Source: Gemmatimonadota bacterium
Lineage (GTDB): Bacteria; Gemmatimonadota; Gemmatimonadetes; Gemmatimonadales; GWC2-71-9
Assembly (NCBI GenBank): GCA_039588295.1
Contig: JBDHAB010000015.1
Location: 31,316 to 95,315 of the forward strand
DNA: 64,000 nucleotides
Direction: 5' to 3'
This document shows positions 56,158 to 64,000 of this stretch, piece after piece (within the stretch, counting starts at the first letter, position 1; every line of letters begins with the position of its first letter). Position numbers and translations under genes: made by a program. The notes under the pieces were generated by a model, which saw only the letters and a program-made list of their open reading frames with translations, ran no database searches and was not told where the DNA came from.

Positions 56158-59100
56158 ATGCGACTGTTGGTACGAGCATGCGTAGCCATCGGCGCGGCAC
56201 TGGTGCTGACGGCCACGCTGGCTGCTCCGGCGGCAGCGCAGATCACCACCGGATCTATTCGTGGTCGCATCATCTCGTCGGCTGGTCAGCCGGTGGATGC
56301 GGCTGAAATCACGGCGCTGAATGTCGCCACGGGAACCACCCAGCGGACGCTGACCGACGCTGACGGCCGCTACCGGTTCCCCGCGTTGCAGGTCGGCACC
56401 TACCGGATCGAAGCGCGCCGGATCGGGTTCCGCGCCGTGGAACGCCCCGGCATCCTGGTGCGGCTGGGCGGGACCGTGGTGGCCGACTTCCAGCTCACGG
56501 AGGCCGCTGCCGTCCTCGAGGCCATCACTGTGGTTGGAGTTGCCGAGCCGATGATTGATCCCGACCAGTCTGGAGTGGTCGATCTCGTCTCGGCGGAGCA
56601 GGTGGAGGCGATTCCGGTCAACGGCCGCAACTTCGCCGATCTGGTGGCGCTCTCACCCAAGGTGGGTGTTGACGTCGGCGACGGCACCGGTGGAGCCCTG
56701 TCGTTGGGTGGTGGGCGGCGCGGCGCCAACCTGATTCAGATCGACGGCGCCGGCACCACGGGCACGTTCTTCGGCGGCGAGGCGCGCGGATCCGATCGTA
56801 TTCCGTTTGCGTTTTCCATCGAGAGCGTGCGCGAATTCCAGATCGTGACCAACGGGTTCGACGTCGAGTACGGGTTCTTCTCCGGCGGGGTGATCAATGC
56901 CGTGACGAAGAGCGGAACGAACGAGCTCCACGGATCGTTGTTCGGCTTCTTCCGTGACGACAAGATCACGCGAAACGACTTCTTCGATCGCGAGCCCGAT
57001 TTCTCATCGCGCCAGATCGGCGGGACGGTCTCCGGCCCGCTGCTGCGGGACAAGCTCCACTTCTTCGTGGCGGTGGAGCGCCAGGATCGGGACGAGCCGG
57101 TGTTTGGCCTGCCGTCCCCGCTCGACACACCGGACGTCGAGACCCAGCGCGTCCACCCCGACAGCGTGCAACGCTTCCTCGACATTCTGCGGAATGTCTA
57201 CGGCGTGTCCGACTCAACCGGTCAGTTTCAGCAGAACCAAGACGAGTGGGCGATCTTCGGACGGCTCGACTGGCAGATCAACAACTCGAACCGGCTCACA
57301 CTGCGACACAATTACACCAAGCTGGAACAGAGGGGCGATCGCATCAATCCGGACGAGACGTTCTTGAACGGTGGAGTGTTCAACAACACCGGGAATTCCA
57401 CCGTGCTGGAGCTGAATTCCGTCATCACCCCCAACGTGTGGAACCAGGTGCGGGCACAGGTGGCGTTCGAGCCGCGCCCGCGCGAAGCCAACACGTTCTT
57501 GCCGGAATCGGAGGTCAACGTCAACAGCGACTTCGACGGCGACGGCAGCACCGACCAGAGTCTTAACGGGTTGGAGTGCTGCAACGACGCCGTCCTGCCC
57601 AATAACCTCGAGGAGACAACCCTCGAGCTGACGAACACCCTGCACGTTCGGGCGGGCGATCACGACTTCAAGATCGGCGGGCAGCTGAACTACTTCGACT
57701 ACGAGAACTTCTTCTTCTTCAACCAGCAAGGGCAGTTCGACTTCGACAACCTGGACGACTTCGAGAACCGAATTCCGGACGACTACACGCGCAACCTGCC
57801 GAATCCGGGCCCCGACGGATTGTTCTTTACCGACGATGATGTGACACCGTTGGCCGTCTACCAGACGTACGAGATCGGCCTGTACGCCCAGGATTCCTGG
57901 CACGTGACCGATCAGCTGACGGTGACAGGCGGCGTCCGCGTCGACCTCACGCGCTTTGCTGATGCCGCCCCGGCGAACACCCAGCTCGGGGCGGATTTCC
58001 CCGGGCTCAGGACAGAGTTCAAGCCAGCCGACAACAACATCTCGCCGCGCTTGAGCTTCACGTACGATCCGTCCGGTACCGGCCGCACCATCATCCGGGG
58101 CGGCGGCGGGCTCTTCTTTGGCCGGTTCCCCTCGGTGCTCTACTCCAATTCGCTTCTCAACACCGGAGCGAACCAGCTCAATCTGTTCTGCGACGGCGAT
58201 GCCGGTGAGGCGCCGACCCCGGACTATCAGTCGTACACGGAAGATCCGGCGTCCATCCCGTTCGAGTGCGTGGGTGGTGGTGGCGCCAGCGCACCGATAC
58301 CGGACGTCAACCTGTTCCAGAGCGACTTCGAGTACCCCCGGACCTGGAAGGCTAGCGCTGGCTTCGAGCAGGTGATTACCGGCAACCTCAAGGTCGACCT
58401 CGATGTCCTGTATTCGAAGACCGATCAGAACTTCTATGTCGAAGAGGCCAACCTGCTGCCGCAGCAGTTTGCCTCCGGTGTCGAAGGGCGGCCGGTCTTC
58501 TGCCCCACCGATGAGATCTCGTCGTTTTCGGGCCGCTGCGGCTTCGGCGACAACCGTGTGTCGTCCAACTTCGACAACGTGTTGGTCCACACGAGCAACG
58601 CGGAGGCGCGAACCTATCAGGTCTCCGTCGGTCTCGAGCAGCGAGGCACCTTCTTCAGCTGGCAACTGGGCTACACGTACTCGGACAGCAAGGACAACGC
58701 GTCCTACTCGTGCTGCATCTCGAGCACGGCCCAGTTCGAGACGCCCACGGCCGGCAGTCCAAATGGCCTGGGCGATCCGGGAGACGAGGACAGCGGGACC
58801 TGGGGCCCGACCGACTTCTCGCGTCCCCACTCCTTCGTGCTGTCCGGCATGGTGAACCTGCCCTATGACATCGCCATCAGCGGGATCTGGCGCGCCCAGT
58901 CAGGACGCCCGTGGACGCCGATTGTGGATGGCGACGCCAATGGGGATTCGGGCAGTGACAACGACCGGGCGTACGTCGGCGACAACCTGGTATTTGACGA
59001 TCCAGCCGCCGATGTCGCGACGTTGAACAGCCTGATCGGCGAGTTCGATTGCCTGGCCGATCAGGTGGGTGGAATCGCCAAGCGGAACAGCTGCCGGAAC

Positions 59101-59400
59101 AAGATGTACACGCAACTCGACCTGCGGCTACGGTGGCGGCCCCATGTCTACGGCAGTCACCGGATCGAAATCGTTGCCGATTTCTTCAACGTCTTCAACC
59201 TGATCAACACGGAATGGAGCCGGAACGTGGGTGTCGGCCAGTTCAGCGACAACCGGCACCTGCTCGAGATCGAAGGCTTCGACTCCGCCACAAACACGTA
59301 CACCTACTCGGTGAACCCGAGCTTCGGTGAGGAGCAGGATCTCACAGCGTTCCGGACGGATCAGGGGACGCTGCAACTTGGCGTGAAGTACTCGTTCTAA
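56158..59400 (+). CDS. Oar-like TonB-dependent outer-membrane receptor
   Basis: QITTGSIRG, PVNGRNF.DL..L.P, ESVREFQI, GGVINAVTKSGTNELHGS, SPRLSF.YD, IRGGGGLF; C-terminus LGVKYSF. Confidence 0.92.
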   Translation: MRLLVRACVAIGAALVLTATLAAPAAAQITTGSIRGRIISSAGQPVDAAEITALNVATGTTQRTLTDADGRYRFPALQVGTYRIEARRIGFRAVERPGILVRLGGTVVADFQLTEAAAVLEAITVVGVAEPMIDPDQSGVVDLVSAEQVEAIPVNGRNFADLVALSPKVGVDVGDGTGGALSLGGGRRGANLIQIDGAGTTGTFFGGEARGSDRIPFAFSIESVREFQIVTNGFDVEYGFFSGGVINAVTKSGTNELHGSLFGFFRDDKITRNDFFDREPDFSSRQIGGTVSGPLLRDKLHFFVAVERQDRDEPVFGLPSPLDTPDVETQRVHPDSVQRFLDILRNVYGVSDSTGQFQQNQDEWAIFGRLDWQINNSNRLTLRHNYTKLEQRGDRINPDETFLNGGVFNNTGNSTVLELNSVITPNVWNQVRAQVAFEPRPREANTFLPESEVNVNSDFDGDGSTDQSLNGLECCNDAVLPNNLEETTLELTNTLHVRAGDHDFKIGGQLNYFDYENFFFFNQQGQFDFDNLDDFENRIPDDYTRNLPNPGPDGLFFTDDDVTPLAVYQTYEIGLYAQDSWHVTDQLTVTGGVRVDLTRFADAAPANTQLGADFPGLRTEFKPADNNISPRLSFTYDPSGTGRTIIRGGGGLFFGRFPSVLYSNSLLNTGANQLNLFCDGDAGEAPTPDYQSYTEDPASIPFECVGGGGASAPIPDVNLFQSDFEYPRTWKASAGFEQVITGNLKVDLDVLYSKTDQNFYVEEANLLPQQFASGVEGRPVFCPTDEISSFSGRCGFGDNRVSSNFDNVLVHTSNAEARTYQVSVGLEQRGTFFSWQLGYTYSDSKDNASYSCCISSTAQFETPTAGSPNGLGDPGDEDSGTWGPTDFSRPHSFVLSGMVNLPYDIAISGIWRAQSGRPWTPIVDGDANGDSGSDNDRAYVGDNLVFDDPAADVATLNSLIGEFDCLADQVGGIAKRNSCRNKMYTQLDLRLRWRPHVYGSHRIEIVADFFNVFNLINTEWSRNVGVGQFSDNRHLLEIEGFDSATNTYTYSVNPSFGEEQDLTAFRTDQGTLQLGVKYSF

Positions 59401-59402
59401 GA

Positions 59403-59464
59403 GGGATAAGGGATAAGGGGTAAGGGGGAAGTGAGAAGGCTTCTCCCTTATCCCTCCTCCCCTC
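59403..59464. repeat. Heptamer inverted-repeat hairpin between convergent TBDR and lptG genes
   Basis: gggataa gggataa ggggtaa gggggaa gtgagaa - ggc - ttctccc ttatccc tcctccc. Confidence 0.85.
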
Positions 59465-59502
59465 GGACTGGTCGCGCGCCGACGCGGTCAGTCGGCCTTC
59501 GC

Positions 59503-60582
59503 TTACGTCGGCGCTTTCCGCAGCATCCACAGCCCCATGCCGCCGAAGAGCATGTTCGGAAGCCACGCCGCCAGGGTCGGCGGCACGAGACCGCCGGAGC
59601 CGAACGTGCGTGAGAGCTGGACCAGCACCAGAAACACGACTGCGGTGCCGAGACTCAAGGCCACGCCGAACGCGCCGCCACTTCGAGGCCCGGTGGCAAC
59701 GAGCGGTGCTGCAAAGATCGCGATGATGATGCAGGTGAAGGGGACCGCGATTTTGAGCGCCAGGTGGACGCGCAGCAGTCGCCCGTCGCCGCCCGAACGC
59801 TCCAGTGCATCGACGTACCGATCGAGCTCGGCATACCGCATCTCCTCTGGTTTCTTCGGCTCCACGAGCAGCTCGGCCGGACGCTCCACGAGGTTGCGGA
59901 GACGCATCGAATCGAAAGCGAAGGCGAGCTCCGGCCCCACGCCGGCCACGACACGGAACCGACCGTCCTGCAACATCCAGCGCTCGGTTGAATCGCTGAA
60001 CGTCGTACGGCGAGCCTGTACCGAGAGCGTTGGGTAGTCGGCGCCGGTTCCCTCGCGCTCCAGCACGACGTCGGAGAGGTACCGTCGTGCGACGTTGAGC
60101 TCGCGGATCACATAGGTCCATCCCTCTTCAGCACGGTACGGGAAGTTGTATCGTGCCGGCTGGGATCGCCGCTCCAACTCGCCCAGAAGTTCGAGCTGTC
60201 GTCGGGTGGCTGGCGGCGCCAGCTCGCCGATCATCAGCCCCAGGCCTGCCGCGAGCACCGCGGCGACCAGGACCGGCATGACGATCCGGGGCACGCTCCG
60301 GCCCGATGCCTTCGCGGCGGTGAGTTCCGAATGACGCGCCTGGTTGCCGAGGCTGAACACGGTGGCAAACAGCACCGCCGCCGGCAGGATCAGGAACACG
60401 CGCTCGGGTAAACTGAAGAGATGCGCCAGGGCGATGGCGCCGGGTGTGAGGTCACGGATCAGATAGTGGTCCAGCTTCTCCGCCAACTCGATCAAGATCA
60501 CCACGAGCGGCAGGCCGAGGGCCGACACGATGAAGATCTTGACCCACTCCCGCAGGAGGTAGCGATCGAGGATCGGGATCAC
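59503..60582 (-). CDS. lptG: LPS export ABC transporter permease LptF/LptG family (downstream copy)
   Basis: ILDRYLLRE, LPAAVLFA, SELTAAKASG.S, PTLAAWLPN; GTGA overlap with the upstream paralog. F versus G assigned by gene order only. Confidence 0.85.
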   Translation of the reverse strand: MIPILDRYLLREWVKIFIVSALGLPLVVILIELAEKLDHYLIRDLTPGAIALAHLFSLPERVFLILPAAVLFATVFSLGNQARHSELTAAKASGRSVPRIVMPVLVAAVLAAGLGLMIGELAPPATRRQLELLGELERRSQPARYNFPYRAEEGWTYVIRELNVARRYLSDVVLEREGTGADYPTLSVQARRTTFSDSTERWMLQDGRFRVVAGVGPELAFAFDSMRLRNLVERPAELLVEPKKPEEMRYAELDRYVDALERSGGDGRLLRVHLALKIAVPFTCIIIAIFAAPLVATGPRSGGAFGVALSLGTAVVFLVLVQLSRTFGSGGLVPPTLAAWLPNMLFGGMGLWMLRKAPT

Positions 60583-62069
60583 GTCGCCGGGCCCTCGTAC
60601 GGCGAGCGTCGTCTCGCCCGCCTGGCGGCCCGCCTCGGCGCGGCGCCCGCCCGGCGGATCCACATCATCCCGGCGACGCCGACGGCGCTCATGAGAATGT
60701 TGGTCGCCCACATTGCGAGAAACGGCGGCACTACGAGTCGGTTCGCCAAGGATTCGCCGGCAATGAGCCCGATATAGTAGACCGCGAACACGATCATTCC
60801 GGCGCCCAACACCAAGCCCAAGCCACCGCGCGGGAAGCGCAGCGCCAACGGCACGCCGACCAGCACGAACACAATGCACGCTGCGGGGATGGCGTACTTC
60901 TTGTGAAACTCCACCTTGTACACCGCGGCACGGACCTGCGCACTCCGAGCGCGGTCCCGCGCCACACGGACCTCGCCGGCACGCGTTTGCTTGACCCGAC
61001 CGGTGGTAAACGCCTGACGCGCGGGCTCGTTAAACCGAGCCGTCAGTGCTTCGGTGGCGGAGTCCTGGGTCGGCTCCTGTGCCTCCAATGGCTCCACGCC
61101 GAGCCAACGCCCGAGCCGGGCCAGCCCGCGGCAGTAGAGGCTCTGGCGGGGGACCACGCTGCTGGTGTCGAGCTTGAGTGGGGGCAGTCCGACGATCCCC
61201 CGCAATCCGTTGTGCTGGGCGGTTGCCGCCTGACGCTCGGCCTTGCGCGACTCAGCGGTGGCGTTGCGAAACACCTCCTCGAGGTCGCAGACACCCAGCT
61301 CGCGGTCACCTCGATAGTCGTCGCCCCCTCGGCGCACGAACTCGCTGCCGACCCCACGCACGAGGACGACCTGTCGGGTGAACGCCGTCTGCTGGAACAT
61401 CCGCGGATCTGCGCGGTCAAACTCATGGACCGACCCGTCGTACAGCGTGAGGTGTAAATCCTCTTGATTCGCGGCGAAGGCGAGGTAGCCGCTGTCGGCG
61501 TATACGATACGCTTGCGGTTCGCCTCCTCGAGACTGTAGACGGTAACGTCTCGCATCCAGTAGGTTGCCTGATCGATCTGTGCGGCGCGGAGTGAGATCT
61601 GTCCCTTCTTCACTTCGTTGATTACGTGTTCCTTGAGAGAGAACGTCGGCTTCGTACGGGCAATGTCGGTCATCAACGTGCGAAGACGATGGTTGGTTCG
61701 CGGGAGGATCTGGTCGCCGAAGAGGAACGACACGATCGCGACGCCGGTAGCGGCCACGAGCAGAGGCCGGACGACCCTGCCGATGGAAATCCCACCCGCC
61801 CGGATCGCAGTGAGCTCGTGATCGCCGGCCATGCGGCTGATCGTGTACAGCACTGCAACCAGAACCGACATTGACAGGGTAACAGCAATGAGGAAGGGGA
61901 TCGTGAGCGCGAAGAACTCGACGATGATGTGCCACGGGAGACCCTTGCCGAGCAGGTCCTGCAGCTTGCGAGCGATCTGGCGCAGCACCTCGAAGCTCGT
62001 CAGTGCCGACAATGCGAACACAAACGGGAGCAGGTGTTGCACGAGCAGGTACCGCCGCAGGATCTTCAT
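60579..62069 (-). CDS. lptF: LPS export ABC transporter permease LptF/LptG family (upstream copy) with a long periplasmic insertion
   Basis: ILRRYL, HELTAIRAGGIS, VEFHKKYAIPAACIVFVLVG.PL, AMWATN. Start MKIL at 62069. Confidence 0.85.
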   Translation of the reverse strand: MKILRRYLLVQHLLPFVFALSALTSFEVLRQIARKLQDLLGKGLPWHIIVEFFALTIPFLIAVTLSMSVLVAVLYTISRMAGDHELTAIRAGGISIGRVVRPLLVAATGVAIVSFLFGDQILPRTNHRLRTLMTDIARTKPTFSLKEHVINEVKKGQISLRAAQIDQATYWMRDVTVYSLEEANRKRIVYADSGYLAFAANQEDLHLTLYDGSVHEFDRADPRMFQQTAFTRQVVLVRGVGSEFVRRGGDDYRGDRELGVCDLEEVFRNATAESRKAERQAATAQHNGLRGIVGLPPLKLDTSSVVPRQSLYCRGLARLGRWLGVEPLEAQEPTQDSATEALTARFNEPARQAFTTGRVKQTRAGEVRVARDRARSAQVRAAVYKVEFHKKYAIPAACIVFVLVGVPLALRFPRGGLGLVLGAGMIVFAVYYIGLIAGESLANRLVVPPFLAMWATNILMSAVGVAGMMWIRRAGAAPRRAARRARRRSPYEGPAT

Positions 62070-62165
62070 TGCTAACCGTAACTTACTACATTTGAAGGAC
62101 TTGAACCGGCCATTGTAGTGCCGCCCCTCACTGCACACAAGGTGTACCCCGCACGACGCTTGAAG

Positions 62166-64000
62166 GTGTCCCGTTTCTCGGTACCGCTCGCGGCCGCTGC
62201 CGCCCTCGCACTCGTGGGGCGGGCAGCGGCGCAAGACACCGTTCCCGTCGTGGCGGATACGGTGACCGCCGCGGCGCAGGATACTGCGGCCGTGCCCCGC
62301 GTGCGCCTCCGGTTCCCTGGGGCCCGGCGCCTGGCGTTCCGGGCTCCCCGGGCGCTGGATCCGGGTGGGATCCTTGGTGAGCGTCGTGCTCCGGGGCTGG
62401 TGGCAGCCCAGTGGGAAACGGAAACGCGCACACTCCTGGCGCGGAACCAGGCCGCGCGACGCCAGGAACGGCTACTGAGCTCGCTGGGGCTCCGAATCGG
62501 CCCGCAGGTCGCGCGACGGCGCCGCACCGCGCGGATCCCCCGACCGGAGGAGTTCCTGGAACCGCCGGAGGAAGAGACCGAGGCGGCGCGTACGTTCCGC
62601 GCCGTCGCCGCGTATGCGGACCTCGGGCTCGACTTACGGGCGCGGATCGAGGTCAAGCTGGACCGGCTGCGGAACGCGCGCTGTACGGCCGCGGAGATCA
62701 ACGACCCGACCCTCGGGTGTCAGGGCGGGTTCCCGACCCCGTCGTTCGACGAAGAGTTCCGCGTTCGCGCCGGCGGAATCGTCAGCGACCGGGTCCACGT
62801 GAACGTGGACTTCGACTCGGAGCGCGAGTTCAGTGCCAACAACAACATCAACGTCTTCTACCAGGGGCTCGAAGACGAGATCCTCCGTCGGGTCGAAGTC
62901 GGTAATGTGACCTTTCGGGCGCCCAACTCGCGCTTCATCACGGCCGCCGTTCCCGGAAACTCGTTCGGCGTTCAGGCAGAGGCGCAGGTCGGCCCCCTCG
63001 AGTTCCGCACCATCCTGGCGCAACAGAAGGGGTCGGCGATCCGGGCTCGCGATTTCACGGTGGGAGATGCGACGACGCAGCCCGTCGACATCGAGGCACG
63101 CGATCTGGACTTCGAGCAGTCACGCTTCTTCTTCGTGGTCGACCCCAGAACGTTTCCCTCCTATCCGCAAGTCGACGTGCTCAACATTCAACCCGAGACG
63201 CTCCCCAGCGATCTACAAATCGCCAACGTACGGATCTACCGATTGCGGGCGCAGAGCGGGCAGCTGGGCAACAACGTGAATTTGGGTGGGATCGACGCGA
63301 TTGCGGTACGGCGCGACAGTCCACAGCGGGTCGGACCGTTCTCGTGGGAGCTGCTCGTCGAGGGGCAGGACTACTACCTCGATCCGTCGGCTGCGTGGTT
63401 CGCGCTCGCCAGCCGGCTCGGTACCGACGATTTCCTCGCGGTCTCGTATGTGACGCTCGCGGGAGACACGGTGGGCACGTTTCCTTCGATCAATGGCGTG
63501 CAGGACACGCTCGAGCTCATCCACGAGCCGCGCCGGGGGCCCGAAGTTCCCACCTTCTTCTACGAGATGCGGAACGCCTACCGGCTCGCGGGCCAGAACA
63601 TCGATCGAGCCACGCTGACCCTGATCCTGCGCTTGGGGACCTCCGAGACGCCGCTGGATGCGCAGGGGACGTATCTGTCGCGCCTCGGGCTGGCGTTGGC
63701 GACCGACGCGTCGAAGCTGGATGACTTCAACCGGGTGTTTCCCCGTGAGCGCGATCCCGGTGGTGGGCTGCCGATTCGGGAGCTGTTCGTGATGTTCCCG
63801 CACCTCCAGCCGCTCGCGGACAGCGTGCGGCTGTTGCAGGGAGAGCGCAACGATTCGTTGTATCGGACGCCTGCCTATTTGCTGCGCACGCAGGGCCCGG
63901 CGTCACGGTTCACCCTCGAGCTTCACTACGAGGCAACCGGCGCTGGCGATCGATCGAACCTGAGTCTGGGGACGATTCAGGTCCGCGCGGGCAGTGAGCG
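62166..64000 (+). CDS. sprA: SprA / Sov (T9SS outer-membrane translocon)-like protein, truncated by the window edge (not in the ORF track)
   Basis: My translation from GTG 62166 (or TTG 62160) gives a signal peptide ...RAAAQD, then GIVSDRVHVNVDFDSEREFSANNNINVFYQGLEDEILRRVEVGNVTF.APNSRFI......NSFGVQAEAQVGPL....LAQQKG, matching the SprA N-terminal motif as I know it. I translated the N-terminal ~300 codons; absence from the ORF track fits an ORF with no stop before 64000. Confidence 0.82.
   Translation, partial: MSRFSVPLAAAAALALVGRAAAQDTVPVVADTVTAAAQDTAAVPRVRLRFPGARRLAFRAPRALDPGGILGERRAPGLVAAQWETETRTLLARNQAARRQERLLSSLGLRIGPQVARRRRTARIPRPEEFLEPPEEETEAARTFRAVAAYADLGLDLRARIEVKLDRLRNARCTAAEINDPTLGCQGGFPTPSFDEEFRVRAGGIVSDRVHVNVDFDSEREFSANNNINVFYQGLEDEILRRVEVGNVTFRAPNSRFITAAVPGNSFGVQAEAQVGPLEFRTILAQQKGSAIRARDFTVGDATTQPVDIEARDLDFEQSRFFFVVDPRTFPSYPQVDVLNIQPETLPSDLQIANVRIYRLRAQSGQLGNNVNLGGIDAIAVRRDSPQRVGPFSWELLVEGQDYYLDPSAAWFALASRLGTDDFLAVSYVTLAGDTVGTFPSINGVQDTLELIHEPRRGPEVPTFFYEMRNAYRLAGQNIDRATLTLILRLGTSETPLDAQGTYLSRLGLALATDASKLDDFNRVFPRERDPGGGLPIRELFVMFPHLQPLADSVRLLQGERNDSLYRTPAYLLRTQGPASRFTLELHYEATGAGDRSNLSLGTIQVRAGSE

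Overview
GC-rich bacterial chromosome segment with dense, intact genes. I saw no rRNA, tRNA, CRISPR array or mobile element. The gene mix (Hanks-type Ser/Thr kinase-TM-TPR receptors, several TonB-dependent receptors, PorV- and SprA-like proteins, a GWxTD protein) suggests Gemmatimonadota or a related FCB-group lineage; this is an inference. Housekeeping content: sdhCAB, two ECF sigma/zinc anti-sigma pairs, Nramp-like, PutP-like and NhaC-family transporters, M28/M16/M24 peptidases, a DsbA-VKOR-ccmABCD operon, aquaporin, CtaA and lptFG. The best candidate for an undescribed system is a five-gene operon at 36134-47430: TonB-dependent receptor, a 1393-aa secreted protein with a T9SS-type C-terminal domain, a PorV-family barrel, a GWxTD protein and an Ig-like lipoprotein. 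A SprA (T9SS translocon) gene, missed by the ORF track, starts at about 62166 divergent from lptFG. Other points of note: a kinase / 70-aa ORF / kinase / kinase cluster, a family of intergenic heptamer purine/pyrimidine repeats at five sites, two unannotated small membrane proteins (one coupled to putP, one CcmD-like), and a tandem arylsulfotransferase pair in which one copy lacks 30 aa in frame. All calls come from motif reading only; no database search was run.
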